From: Dehalococcoidia bacterium | GTDB lineage: Bacteria; Chloroflexota; Dehalococcoidia; Bin125 | Reading direction: 5' to 3' | Assembly (NCBI GenBank): GCA_963555985.3 | Contig: OY820591.1 | Location: 1,919,085 to 1,983,084, forward strand | Length of the DNA: 64,000 nucleotides | Shown here: positions 10,963 through 20,562 of the stretch, in pieces | How the letters are laid out: each line of letters starts with the position of its first letter | Numbering within the stretch: position 1 is the stretch's first letter | The notes under the pieces: model-generated | Database searches by the model: none | What the model was told of the DNA's origin: nothing | What the model saw: the letters and a program-made list of their open reading frames with translations, nothing else | Program-made: the position numbers and the translations under genes

Positions 10963-11200
10963 CGCAGTCTCCGCACTCAAGCTACGCACGCCGCCGCGAC
11001 TTGGCAAGCGCCGATCATGGTGCCGTCCGGCTTGCCGGACGGAGACCGGAACCCTATACCGGACGCCGTGACTGACCGACGCCCGCTCCAACGCTCCACT
11101 GCGCCCATCGCTCGCCGCCCAGAGTGGAGTGACGGCGCGTACTCGCCCCACACACACAATCCGGAACGCTCGCTGACCGAAGCGCAAAACGGGCGGCGTC

Positions 11201-12193
11201 ATGACCGCCGCCTTCGATCCCGGCCAGCTGCGCCTGGGCGACGCCACCGACGCTTCGCTGTTCGATGAGGGACAGTTTCACCTCACCGTGACCTCACCGC
11301 CCTACAACGTGGGGCTGCGCTACGGCGACGCTGTAGACGATGCGACCAGCTACGCCGACTACCTCGAATTCAGCCGTCAGTGGTTAGCCAACGTCTACCG
11401 CTGGAGCGTCGTTGGCGGACGACTCTGCCTCAACATCCCCCTCGACAAGAACAGCGGCGGCAAGCAGGCGGTCACCGCCGACCTGACCAACATTGCGCGC
11501 GAGGTGGGTTGGAAATACCACGCAACGATCATTTGGAACGAGGGCAATATCTCGCGCCGCACGGCGTGGGGATCGTGGATGCGCCCCTCTGCCCCGCACA
11601 TCATCGCTCCAGTCGAAACGATTGTCGTGCTCTACAAAGGCGAATGGAAGCGCACGCACGCGGGGGATGAACTGGTCACAATCACGCGCGACGAGTTCAT
11701 GTCCTGGACCAGCGGCACTTGGCGCCACGAGAGCGGAGAAGGTACATCGCTGGCGTCCGAACCCTCAGAGAGCGAGGCGCGGATTACGCCCGACCTGCTC
11801 TGGGAGTTAGCAGCCGCCTTCCAGAACCAATCGACGATCTCGCCCGCAGAGTTTCAGGCCAAGTTCCGCGAGCTACTGACGCGCGAGCCGACTCCCGCCC
11901 TGCGCAGCGTGTCCGTGGGCATTCCCGAAGAGTGGCTGAGCCAACTCTGGACATTCGGCGGTGAGTCCGCGAAGCGGATCGGACATCCAGCGCCGTTTCC
12001 GCTCGAGCTGCCGCGCCGCTGCATTCGCTTGCTCTCCTACGTCGGCGATCAGGTGCTGGATCCCTTCGCCGGCAGCGGCACAACGCTAGTCGCCGCGCTC
12101 CAGGATCGACGACATGCATATGGAATCGAGCTAAACGCCGACTACCGCGAACTGGCGCTCGGGCGCATCAACGCTGAAGTGCCGAGGTTCTGA
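11201..12193 (+). CDS. Beta-class DNA methyltransferase (SPPY motif IV; N4-cytosine or N6-adenine)
   Basis: Motif IV TSPPYN near the N-terminus and motif I LDPFAGSGTT near the C-terminus, the circular permutation typical of the beta class. Confidence 0.9.
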   Translation: MTAAFDPGQLRLGDATDASLFDEGQFHLTVTSPPYNVGLRYGDAVDDATSYADYLEFSRQWLANVYRWSVVGGRLCLNIPLDKNSGGKQAVTADLTNIAREVGWKYHATIIWNEGNISRRTAWGSWMRPSAPHIIAPVETIVVLYKGEWKRTHAGDELVTITRDEFMSWTSGTWRHESGEGTSLASEPSESEARITPDLLWELAAAFQNQSTISPAEFQAKFRELLTREPTPALRSVSVGIPEEWLSQLWTFGGESAKRIGHPAPFPLELPRRCIRLLSYVGDQVLDPFAGSGTTLVAALQDRRHAYGIELNADYRELALGRINAEVPRF

Positions 12194-12777
12194 TGTCTCA
12201 GACAGACCTCATCTTCAGCTACTACCAGGCGCGCCCCAGGCAGATCATTCCGCACGCAGAGGTGGTCGACTGAGCCACATCGGAGTGGTCGAGGCGGACG
12301 GGAAAAGTGTTCCGCGACCCCGACCGAGCGATTCGCAAGCTCCATCAGCAAGGCAAACTGCAAAAGCACGGCAAAGGCCTGTACTGCTACGACCCGGATC
12401 TGGAGGCCGCGCGCGAGCTAGAAGATTTCAATCCCGCCCAGAAACAGGCGATCCTAAAGCGGGACGGCCACCGCTGCGTGGTCTGCGGGGCGAGCCGCGA
12501 CGAAGGCGTCGAACTGCAAGTCGATCACATCAAGCCGAAGGACAAAGGCGGCCGCGCAACGATCGAGAACGGCCAAACTCTCTGCGCGATGCACAACTTT
12601 CGCAAGAAGAACCTGGGACAAACGGAAACCGGAAAGAAGATGTTCATTCGCCTGCTAGATGCCGCGCGGGCCTCGGGAGATGCGGCATTGTGCGAGTTCA
12701 TTCGAGACGTCTTGCAAATCTACGATCGGCACGGCATTAACAGTCATATCCACTGGCGCAATGAGCTAGCGGACTAA
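12193..12777 (+). pseudogene. HNH endonuclease (likely restriction partner) interrupted by an in-frame TGA at 12271-12273
   Basis: ATG at 12193 overlaps the methyltransferase stop (TGATG). Translation is MSQTDLIFSYYQARPRQIIPHAEVVD-TGA-ATSEWSRRTGKVFRDPDRAIRKLHQQGKL.. in a single frame. HNH core: RCVVCG..VDHIKPKDKGG..NGQTLCAMHN. The track ORF only restarts at GTG 12307. Confidence 0.7.
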
Positions 12778-13073
12778 CGCCGCCCCGCATAGAACGCGCA
12801 GCCCGGCGTCTCCCGAGTCGGCGCCACGATTCCTGAACCGGGATGCAAACACCGCCCCCGCCCATCAAGATTGGCCGCTCCCGGCTCCACCCACTCCAGA
12901 CAGTTCCCGCACTCCCGCGCGAGCGGCGGCGCCGGCTTCGGCGAGTCAAGCCCGACCAGCTCGCGCCGGTCGCGGCGCGACTCGCGCACGTTGTGGTGAT
13001 CCTCACGCGACGGTTTGTGATACCGGCGCGGACGCTGGCCCGGGCGGCGTCCCTTGTGGTTGCGGCGCGGCAT
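12774..13073 (-). CDS. Small basic Cys-rich protein (99 aa)
   Basis: C-terminal CGNCLEW..GRCLHPGSG..PGCAFY. Starts 3 nt after the stop of the upstream zinc-ribbon gene. Confidence 0.45.
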   Translation of the reverse strand: MPRRNHKGRRPGQRPRRYHKPSREDHHNVRESRRDRRELVGLDSPKPAPPLARECGNCLEWVEPGAANLDGRGRCLHPGSGIVAPTRETPGCAFYAGRR

Positions 13074-13076
13074 CGC

Positions 13077-13619
13077 TCAGGTCAAGCGCGGCTCAAGCGC
13101 GTAGGGATCGGCGGCCAGCAGCATTTCGATCGCCGACAGCCAACGGTCGCGCACAACGGTGTAGTCGCGCCCGGTTCGGCGGTTGCGGGGCCGCGGCGCG
13201 CGCACCCCGTACCCCCCGCGCAGACCCTGCCCGTCGCCGATCCATTCGGTGCGCAGGGTGCGGTCGGCCTGGGGCGCCCAGCGCACGCGCAGGCGCGTCC
13301 GCCGACGCCGCGCCCGCCTGCTGCCGCGCCGTTCGCGCCAGCGGATGACCAGATCCCGCCCGCGCGAGGGGCGGACGGACTCGATCGCCGGGGCGGGGAT
13401 ATGCAGCAATGGTCGTCCGTCCTCGCGGTGAAACGTGAGCCCGGCGAAGTCCAGCACGAGGTCGCCGTGCAAAGCGGTAAAGGGAATCGGGCCAATCAGC
13501 GTCGCAGCATCGCGGCTGGGCAAGGCAATCGGCAACTGACGCGCCACATCCGCCCCGCAGCGATGGCAGGCGGCGCGTCCGTCAAACGTGTCCTGGTGGC
13601 AGGCCGGGCAGATTTTCAT
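13077..13619 (-). CDS. Zinc-ribbon protein (180 aa)
   Basis: The internal ATG at 13619 gives MKICPACHQDTFDGRAACHRCG.., a CxxC..CxxC ribbon. The longer track ORF would overlap the NMO gene. Confidence 0.5.
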   Translation of the reverse strand: MKICPACHQDTFDGRAACHRCGADVARQLPIALPSRDAATLIGPIPFTALHGDLVLDFAGLTFHREDGRPLLHIPAPAIESVRPSRGRDLVIRWRERRGSRRARRRRTRLRVRWAPQADRTLRTEWIGDGQGLRGGYGVRAPRPRNRRTGRDYTVVRDRWLSAIEMLLAADPYALEPRLT

Positions 13620-13686
13620 GCCGGGTTCCCGTCCCCGCCGTGCGCGGGGACCCGCTCGGCGCGCAGGCTGCCGACGATCGGAGCGC

Positions 13687-14823
13687 CTACACCCCGACCG
13701 GCGAACCCCAGCGCTCAACCAATTCCTCAGCCACCGAGACCATCGACTCGACCACTTCCGTAGCCGGGCGGATAGCCCTGATCAGTCCCGCGCCGTTGCC
13801 GGCGGGACCGCCGACCAACTCCTCGATATGAGCCTCGCGCGCTCCGCGCAGCGCCTCGCCGACAAGCAGTCCCTGAAGCGGCATCGGCAAGGTCTGCGGC
13901 GCTTCGGGGCGCTCCCAGGCTTCGGTCCAGGCGTTGTACATATGGCGCATCGTCTTGCCGGAGTACATCCGACCGATCCGGGTGTCCTCGTCGGTCGCGG
14001 CGACGAGCTTGTCCCACTGCACCTTGCGCGTCCACTCGTCCGTCTCGCCGCGCTCCTCGGAGTCTTGGTAGGCCTCCCAGGTAGCGAGGAACGCGGTGCC
14101 GCACCAGATCGCCTCAGCGCCCAGCGCCAGCGCCGCCATCAGACCGCGCCCGTCCATGATCCCACCGGCCGCAATCGTCTTGGTCGGCGCGATCGCGTCC
14201 GCGACCTGCGGCACCAGCGCCAGCGTGCCGATCCGTCCCGTGTGGCCGCCGGCTTCGGTGCCCTGCGCGACGACCGCGTCCACGTTCGCCGCCGCCACGC
14301 GGCGCGCGTTGCGCGTGTTGCCGACCAGGCCGATCACCTTCATCCCCTGCGCGTGCGCGTCGGGAACCATCCAACCAGGGTTGCCAAGACCCGACGCGAA
14401 CACGGGCACGTTCTCGTCGAGGATGACTTCCACCTGTTGGCGGAAGTAGTCCTGAGTCAGCGGCGGCCGGTCGAGCGGCCCGGACGGGTCGGGAATCTCG
14501 AACTCGCGCTTGAGCTGGTCGACGTAGTGATGGTGCTCCGCCGAGATCTCGAGCTCGAGATCCTCACGGTTGCCGGAGTCGGCAATCGACGAGGGCAGCA
14601 GCAAATCCACGCCGAAGGGCTTGTCGGTCAGCGAGCGAACCTTCGCGATCATGCCGGAGAGCTCGTCCGGCGTGTAGCCGGTCGCCCCGACCACGCCCAG
14701 TCCACCGGCCTCGGAGACCGCCGCCGCCAGGGTCGGGCCGGCGGCGCCGCCCATGCCGGCCAGAATCACCGGGATCTCGATGCCAAGCATGTCGCAGAGT
14801 TCAGTCTTAAGTGGGGAAACCAT
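13687..14823 (-). CDS. Nitronate monooxygenase / FabK-like FMN TIM-barrel oxidoreductase
   Basis: N-terminus LGIEIPVILAGMGGAAGPTLAAAVSEAGGLGV.. and ..AQGTEAGGHTG motifs of the NMO family. Confidence 0.9.
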   Translation of the reverse strand: MVSPLKTELCDMLGIEIPVILAGMGGAAGPTLAAAVSEAGGLGVVGATGYTPDELSGMIAKVRSLTDKPFGVDLLLPSSIADSGNREDLELEISAEHHHYVDQLKREFEIPDPSGPLDRPPLTQDYFRQQVEVILDENVPVFASGLGNPGWMVPDAHAQGMKVIGLVGNTRNARRVAAANVDAVVAQGTEAGGHTGRIGTLALVPQVADAIAPTKTIAAGGIMDGRGLMAALALGAEAIWCGTAFLATWEAYQDSEERGETDEWTRKVQWDKLVAATDEDTRIGRMYSGKTMRHMYNAWTEAWERPEAPQTLPMPLQGLLVGEALRGAREAHIEELVGGPAGNGAGLIRAIRPATEVVESMVSVAEELVERWGSPVGV

Positions 14824-14933
14824 ATGCGGCCTTTCTCTGAGTTGTGAGTGTCGAGAGGGTGTCGGGGGTATGGTACCAGCGCTTTTCGCGGCAAATCGCG
14901 CTACCGTGAAGCAGTCTTTGGAGGTGCGCGGTG

Positions 14934-15203
14934 ATGACCTGGCAAGACTACGAGGCTCGGGAGCGATTCGACGAATTGCTCGATACGACCCTCGACATCG
15001 GCCCGCAAGTGGTGCGTCGGGGTGAGAAGGAAGTCGCGATCATGGTGTCCTACGAACAGTGGCGCCGAATGCTGAGCACGGGCAACCTCCAGTACTCCGA
15101 CCTGAAGGAGTGGTTGCTCGCGCCGGAAGGCCGGACTGACGATCTGGTGCCGCCGTCCAGGAAGAACTTCTCATTTCGCCCGCTGCCTGACCTCGACGAT
15201 TAG
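14934..15203 (+). CDS. Phd/YefM-type antitoxin
   Basis: An approximately 89-aa protein upstream of the PIN toxin. GGAGGTG lies 9 nt before ATG 14934. Contains ..VVRRGEKEVAIMVSYEQW.. Confidence 0.75.
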   Translation: MTWQDYEARERFDELLDTTLDIGPQVVRRGEKEVAIMVSYEQWRRMLSTGNLQYSDLKEWLLAPEGRTDDLVPPSRKNFSFRPLPDLDD

Positions 15204-15214
15204 CCGAACAGCCC

Positions 15215-15628
15215 ATGCGCCTGCTCGATACCAACGTCGTCTCAGAACTGAGGCGACCGAGACCGCACCCTCAGGTGCAGCAGTGGCTCCGAAGCGTCGA
15301 ATCAGAGCCGCTGTTTCTCAGTGTCGTCACGGTCGCGGAAATTCAGGACGGCATCGAACGCAGGCGGAATCAGGATCCCAATGAGGCGTTGGTCATCGAG
15401 GACTGGCTCGAGCGCGTCGTCTTGCCCCAGTTCCTGATTCTCTCGATGGACGTTGAGGTCGCCCGCGAGTGGTCGCGGCTCATGCAGGGGCAACCGGACC
15501 GACTGCTCAAGGACGCCACGATCGCCGCGACGGCTCAGGTCTATGGATTCCAGGTCGTCACGCGAAACGTTCGCGACTTCGATCAGCTCGGTGTACCCAC
15601 GCTCAATCCGTTCGAGTTCACGGGCTGA
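15215..15628 (+). CDS. vapC: PIN-domain toxin (VapC/FitB-like)
   Basis: MRLLDTNVVSELRRP.. gives the first acidic residue, ..TVAEI.. follows, and ..ATAQVYGFQVVTRNVRDF is the typical C-terminus. Confidence 0.9.
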   Translation: MRLLDTNVVSELRRPRPHPQVQQWLRSVESEPLFLSVVTVAEIQDGIERRRNQDPNEALVIEDWLERVVLPQFLILSMDVEVAREWSRLMQGQPDRLLKDATIAATAQVYGFQVVTRNVRDFDQLGVPTLNPFEFTG

Positions 15629-15644
15629 CGCGGCGATTTCAGCA

Positions 15645-16859
15645 TCAGGTTCCTGCGGGACCGACGATGGTGATTTCTTCGCCCAGGGCGGCGAGGCCAA
15701 GCGAGTGCTGGAGTTCGTCGGTTTTCCAGGCCATCACGATGCCTCCGGTGAGGTCTCGGTAGAGACGCTCCAGCGGATGACCTTTGACATAGGCGTGGGC
15801 GCCGGTGGTCTTGATGCTGATCTGCGCGACCTCTTCGGCCATCCGGCGGAGGTGGTGGGTGGTCTGCACCTGCATCCGGATAAAGCTCTGGCGGTCGGCA
15901 TAGGCACGATCGACCTCCGCAACGGCGTGATAGAGCACCGCGCGCGCACTGGCCAGCCAGCTATCCATCTCCCCCAGCGCCATCTGCGCCCACGGCAGTG
16001 CGGCCCGAGTCTCGTTGGAGCCGCCCAACGGACTGTTCGCCGAAGCCAGGTAGCCGCGCCGCTGCTTCAGATACTCAACGGTCTCATCGAACATCGCTTG
16101 CGCGTTCCCCAGCCAGATCGCGCAGATGCCCAGCCCCGGCAGTGCTCGCCGCTGCCACAGGAGTTGCGGGATCATCTGCTCGCCCATCCGCAACAGCGAC
16201 ATCGGTACCACGAAACAGTCGGCGCGCGGGATACGCAAGTCTTCGATCACCATGTCATGCGACGCAGTAGCCCGCAGACCCATCCCGTTCCAGTTCCCAC
16301 GATTCGTGATCGCCTCGTTGGACAGCTCAGGCAATGAAATCACCAAGTCCGGCTCGGCGGGACGCTCAATCAACGCGCCGACCATTGCGTAGGTGGCTGC
16401 GTCAGCGCCCGAAGCAAAGCCCGCCCGTCCCGAAATCACGAGCTCCGTGCCCTCCTCAACCGCCCTGAAACCGGTGCTGGTGTTATCCAATTCGCGCGAA
16501 GGGATGCTGCCCGGAGCGCAACACCACGCGCCCCCGGCGCAGGCCTTCAGCATCTGGTCCCGATGTGGAAACGGCGGTAACGCGCTCGCAATCGCCGTCA
16601 CCAGCAGATGCATGTTCAGCGCCACCGCAGTAGAGGCGTCGCCGTAGGCGAGTTCCTCGATCACACGGATATACGTCTCCCCGTCCGCTTCGAGTCCGCC
16701 GAACGATTCCGAGATCAGCAGTCCGGGAATGCCAAGCGCAGAGAGATCGTCGAAGTTCTCCTGGCAAAGCTGACCGCTGCGGTCGGCTTCTTCGGCGCGC
16801 TCGCGGAGCGCTCCGCGGGCAAGCTCGCGAACTTGGTCGAGGAGTGGTTGATTGGTCAT
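15645..16859 (-). CDS. Acyl-CoA dehydrogenase family protein
   Basis: ACAD N-terminal, middle and C-terminal domain patterns. The start is set at ATG 16859, preceded by GGAGGA; the track ORF starts 54 nt upstream. Confidence 0.88.
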   Translation of the reverse strand: MTNQPLLDQVRELARGALRERAEEADRSGQLCQENFDDLSALGIPGLLISESFGGLEADGETYIRVIEELAYGDASTAVALNMHLLVTAIASALPPFPHRDQMLKACAGGAWCCAPGSIPSRELDNTSTGFRAVEEGTELVISGRAGFASGADAATYAMVGALIERPAEPDLVISLPELSNEAITNRGNWNGMGLRATASHDMVIEDLRIPRADCFVVPMSLLRMGEQMIPQLLWQRRALPGLGICAIWLGNAQAMFDETVEYLKQRRGYLASANSPLGGSNETRAALPWAQMALGEMDSWLASARAVLYHAVAEVDRAYADRQSFIRMQVQTTHHLRRMAEEVAQISIKTTGAHAYVKGHPLERLYRDLTGGIVMAWKTDELQHSLGLAALGEEITIVGPAGT

Positions 16860-16911
16860 GAAGTCCTCCTGCGTTAGCGAGCGTAGCGGGCATTGTCTAA
16901 AGTCATTTGCC

Positions 16912-17289
16912 ATGACCGATACAAGCGCTGCGACGTTCGCAGACCTATTGCAACAGGCGGCCGAACCGCTGCACGCGGTGATGTCGGCGTTGCGGTCGAT
17001 GATCTTAGAGATCGATGCGCAGGCAGTAGAGACGATCCGGCTCGGCGATCGCGCGGCAACCTATGGCGTTGGGCCGCGCAAGATGCGGGACGGCTATGCC
17101 TATCTGATGCCGCACTCAAGATGGGTGAATCTGGGCTTCTACGACGGAGCAAGTCTGGATGATCCTGCAGGGATATTGGAGGGGACGGGAAAACGTTTGC
17201 GGCATGTCAAAGTCCGGACGGTGGAGGCGGCCGGGGCGGAGGCGCTGAGGAGTCTGGTCGCGGAAGCGGTTGCGTTTCGGCGGCAATGA
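16912..17289 (+). CDS. DUF1801 (YdhG-like) domain protein
   Basis: Internal ATG at 16912. ..YGVGPRKMRDGYAYLMPHSRWVNLGFYDG.. is typical of DUF1801. Confidence 0.65.
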   Translation: MTDTSAATFADLLQQAAEPLHAVMSALRSMILEIDAQAVETIRLGDRAATYGVGPRKMRDGYAYLMPHSRWVNLGFYDGASLDDPAGILEGTGKRLRHVKVRTVEAAGAEALRSLVAEAVAFRRQ

Positions 17290-17471
17290 GCCTGTGAAAC
17301 TCGTCGAGTCGAGCACGGAGGCCAGTGCAGAACACAACGCGATTGCCGCGCTCCGTCGCAGCAAGAACATGCCTCCAGCATGAACGGGGAACAGAAGTCG
17401 CCGAAGCGCTGCGAGCGGGAGCGTTAGCATTCTCGGTCAGGAGACTCGATCCTCTGGAAGGGATTTCGCCG

Positions 17472-18425
17472 ATGCCATCGATCAACACCCTGCACGGAGA
17501 GCTGGACACGTCCGAACTCGGTCGGACTTTGATCCACGAGCACATCGGGATTCGCTCGCCCGGAATCTCCGAGAACTGGCCCGAACTCTGGGACGAAGCG
17601 GGCTGCGTCGCCTCCGCCGACGAGAAGTTGAACGCGCTCCAGCAGCGCGGCGTCAGCACCGTGGTCGACCTCTCCACTGCCGACCTCGGCCGCGACATGG
17701 GCTTCCTCCAGAAGGTCTCCCAGGTCACCTCGATCAACGTCGTGCTCTGCACCGGCATCTACTGGCTGCGCTCGATGTACTGGCGCGGCCGTCCCGCCGA
17801 AATGCTGACCGAAGTGTTTGTCAGGGACATCACCGAGGGCATCGCCGGCACCGACGTCAAGGCCAACATCATCAAGCTCGCCTCCGACGAACAGGGCGGT
17901 GGCGTAGATCACTACAACGAGAAATGCCTGCGCGCCGGCGCTCGCGCGCACCGCGCCACCGGCGTGCCGATCGCAACCCACAACGGCCCGCCCGAACTCG
18001 GAGCCAAGCAGCAGGACATCTTCGAAGACGAGGGTTGTGACCTCTCCCGAATCGTGATCGGGCACGTCGGCGACACCGCCGACACCGATTACCTCAAGTC
18101 GCTGATGGATCGCGGCTCCTACGTCGGCCTCGACCGCTTCGGGCTGGATCAGATCCTGCCATTCGATGATCGCGTCAACACGGTCGTCAAGCTCGCCGCC
18201 GACGGCTACACGGAACGGATGCTTTTGGCCCACGATGCCTCCTGCTGCCTCGACTGGATCCCCGACATCGACGCCATGCGCCAGGCCCAACCCAACTGGC
18301 ACTTCAACCACATCGCCGACGACGTCGTCCCCGCCCTGCTGGAGCGCGGCGTCACCCAGGAGCAGGTTGACCAAATGCTGATCGGCAACCCGCGCACCCT
18401 GTTCGAGCGCCAGGGCGCCTACTAG
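17472..18425 (+). CDS. Phosphotriesterase-family amidohydrolase (Php-like)
   Basis: MPSINTLHGELDTSELGRTLIHEHI.. carries the HxH metal motif, followed by ..ATHN.. and ..IGHVGD.. motifs. Confidence 0.88.
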   Translation: MPSINTLHGELDTSELGRTLIHEHIGIRSPGISENWPELWDEAGCVASADEKLNALQQRGVSTVVDLSTADLGRDMGFLQKVSQVTSINVVLCTGIYWLRSMYWRGRPAEMLTEVFVRDITEGIAGTDVKANIIKLASDEQGGGVDHYNEKCLRAGARAHRATGVPIATHNGPPELGAKQQDIFEDEGCDLSRIVIGHVGDTADTDYLKSLMDRGSYVGLDRFGLDQILPFDDRVNTVVKLAADGYTERMLLAHDASCCLDWIPDIDAMRQAQPNWHFNHIADDVVPALLERGVTQEQVDQMLIGNPRTLFERQGAY

Positions 18426-20071
18426 TGGCCGAACTGGAGCCGTCGGAACTGCTGGCCGCGGCGCGCTCGGGCTTCGCGCAAGGCTCGGACGCGCCAACTG
18501 GAGCGATCACGGCGCGGGCGCGCGTCTGGCGTGCAGGCCGAGTCCTGAGCGAGGCCGTCGCAGCAGGAACGGACGGACTATCGGCCGCCGCCAATGCAGC
18601 AGCAGCAGCGAGAGTTACGCTGGGCGACCAAGCGCTTGAAGCAGCCGATGCTCTCGCCATCGAGCTTGAGGCCGATCGCGAGACATGCTCGCCTCACGGC
18701 CTGAACGAACTCTTGCAAACCCCTCTGCTGGGACGGCACGGGCTGATCTTGCAGGACGGCGAGCGAATCGCCCGCGGCTGGCCCTTTGACGCCCTGCGCG
18801 AGGAAGGCCGCCTCTCCGCCTGGGTCAAGCGGCTCAACCGACAAGCCCGCCCGCCGGGCGCGCGGCTGGCCTCAAGTACCTCGGTGCAGCGCTTCACCAC
18901 CGTAGAAGCGATGGGACTGATCGAACCGCCGGACGAAGAGCGAATCGCCCCCCAAATCGGCGGATTTCGAGTCGTAGACCAAGACGAGGTGCTGCCCGAC
19001 CGACTCACCGGAGCCGCACTCCAAGCGACCGCCTGGCTCCTGCGCCACCAGCGCGACGACGGATCGTTTGCCTACGAGTACTCGCCGCGCGAGCGGGCTT
19101 GGTCTCCCTTCGATCAACTAGTGCGGCAATGCGGTTGCGCCTGGTCGCTCGCGCTGGTGGGGCGACTCACCCGCGATCGGGGCACTTTGCAGGCCGCCAC
19201 CCGTGCGGTACAGGGAATCCTCCAGCGACACCTGCGCCGCGACGGTCCGGGCCGGCTGTTCTACCTCCAAGACCTCTACGGCGAACCGAAGCTGGGCGCG
19301 ATTCCGCTCCTACTCCTCGCAATCCTGGAGTTGCGCGGTGCTGCACGCTTCGAACGCGAGACGGTCGATCAGCTGACCGCCGCCCTGCTAGCCGTGCAAT
19401 CCCGCGACGGCCGCTTCGGGACGACTGCGCGCGGACTGGAACTCGAAGGCTCCGAAACCTACTACGCCGGACAAGTCGCCCTAGCGCTCGCGCGAATGCA
19501 CGCGCCCAGACCGCGCCCGCGCCTGCGCACGGCAGTAGAGCGCTCCCTCCGCCACTACTACGAGCGCTGGGCCGACCAGGACGAGCGCGACCTCTCCTTC
19601 ACCACCTGGATGATCCAAGCCTGCGATCAGTGGCACACGCTCACAAACGACGATCTCAGCCGCCAATACGTCTACGAGATGATCGATTGGGCGCTCCAAG
19701 AACAGCACGGCTCCGAACACGAGCATCCGCTCTGGCCGGGCGCATTCCAAAACACCCCCGGCATAGGTACCGCCGCCTACAGCGAGGGCCTCGCCTCAGC
19801 CCTCGCAATCGCCCAGCGAGCAGGCGACGAAGATCGCGCGAAACGCTATCGAGCAGCCCTACTTTCGGCCATGCGCTTCCTCCTCCAACTCACAGTAGAA
19901 GCGCCCGAGGTCGCCCTCGTAGGCGAACCAGAGCACATCGGCGCCGTTCGCAGCGCCCTCCACCGCGACAGCCTCCGCTGCGACAACGCCCAACACTTCA
20001 TCATGTCAACCCTCCGCACCCGAGCCCTCTGCTGGATCGATCACGAGCCGCCGACACAAGCGTCCCGTTGA
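18425..20071 (+). CDS. Hypothetical two-domain protein; C-terminal half resembles an alpha/alpha-toroid (prenyltransferase/terpene-cyclase repeat) fold
   Basis: GTG start overlaps the upstream TAG by 1 nt. Repeats LLRHQRDDGSFAY.. and LLAVQSRDGRFG.. The N-terminal GRHGLILQDGERIARGWPFDA is faintly AMMECR1-like. Confidence 0.55.
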   Translation: MAELEPSELLAAARSGFAQGSDAPTGAITARARVWRAGRVLSEAVAAGTDGLSAAANAAAAARVTLGDQALEAADALAIELEADRETCSPHGLNELLQTPLLGRHGLILQDGERIARGWPFDALREEGRLSAWVKRLNRQARPPGARLASSTSVQRFTTVEAMGLIEPPDEERIAPQIGGFRVVDQDEVLPDRLTGAALQATAWLLRHQRDDGSFAYEYSPRERAWSPFDQLVRQCGCAWSLALVGRLTRDRGTLQAATRAVQGILQRHLRRDGPGRLFYLQDLYGEPKLGAIPLLLLAILELRGAARFERETVDQLTAALLAVQSRDGRFGTTARGLELEGSETYYAGQVALALARMHAPRPRPRLRTAVERSLRHYYERWADQDERDLSFTTWMIQACDQWHTLTNDDLSRQYVYEMIDWALQEQHGSEHEHPLWPGAFQNTPGIGTAAYSEGLASALAIAQRAGDEDRAKRYRAALLSAMRFLLQLTVEAPEVALVGEPEHIGAVRSALHRDSLRCDNAQHFIMSTLRTRALCWIDHEPPTQASR

Positions 20072-20253
20072 TAACGTCCCTGTTGATTCCCCTTCGATTG
20101 GGAGATGCCGAAAGCTCGCCCCTGGCCTGAACAGGGGTATCGCGCCGAGTCGAGCACAAACATCGCTACACCACACACCGGAGGCAGAAGCCGCGTTTCG
20201 AGACACGTGCCCGTGATCAGTTGACACTATGCTGGGGCTCGAGGAGGAGGACG

Positions 20254-20562
20254 ATGGCGATCATCGATGTACTGCGCTTTCGCGGGATCATGTTGCGAGG
20301 CGGGTTTCCCGAAGCGCCCGCGGAAGAGTTTGTCACGGCCTTCGACGAGACGCTGGAGCAGGAGCTCTCGGGCCTGGCGAGTAAGGTTGATCTCGAACGC
20401 TGGAAACAAGAGATCATCTACCAGCTGAAGTCCGAGATGCAGATGCTCATGCTGGAGCAGGAAGCGCGGCACTCGCGCGAGATGTTGCTTTGGACGGGCG
20501 TGGTGCTTGGAGGGATCGCAGTCGCCACCGCCATCATCATCGCCGTGGTGACGCTGGCTTAG
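20254..20562 (+). CDS. Small coiled-coil protein with a C-terminal TM anchor (DUF1640/XhlA-like architecture)
   Basis: GAGGAGGAGG lies directly upstream of ATG 20254. ..LERWKQEIIYQLKSEMQ.. is followed by the TM segment GVVLGGIAVATAIIIAVVTLA. Confidence 0.55.
   Translation: MAIIDVLRFRGIMLRGGFPEAPAEEFVTAFDETLEQELSGLASKVDLERWKQEIIYQLKSEMQMLMLEQEARHSREMLLWTGVVLGGIAVATAIIIAVVTLA

Noticed and set aside
12271-12273. Whether the in-frame TGA in the HNH nuclease gene is a fourth selenocysteine codon.
   Set aside because: No stem-loop comparable to the three DsbA hairpins lies within 40 nt downstream. The position is in a wHTH-like segment and not at a redox Cys. A TGG-to-TGA nonsense change is the simpler explanation.
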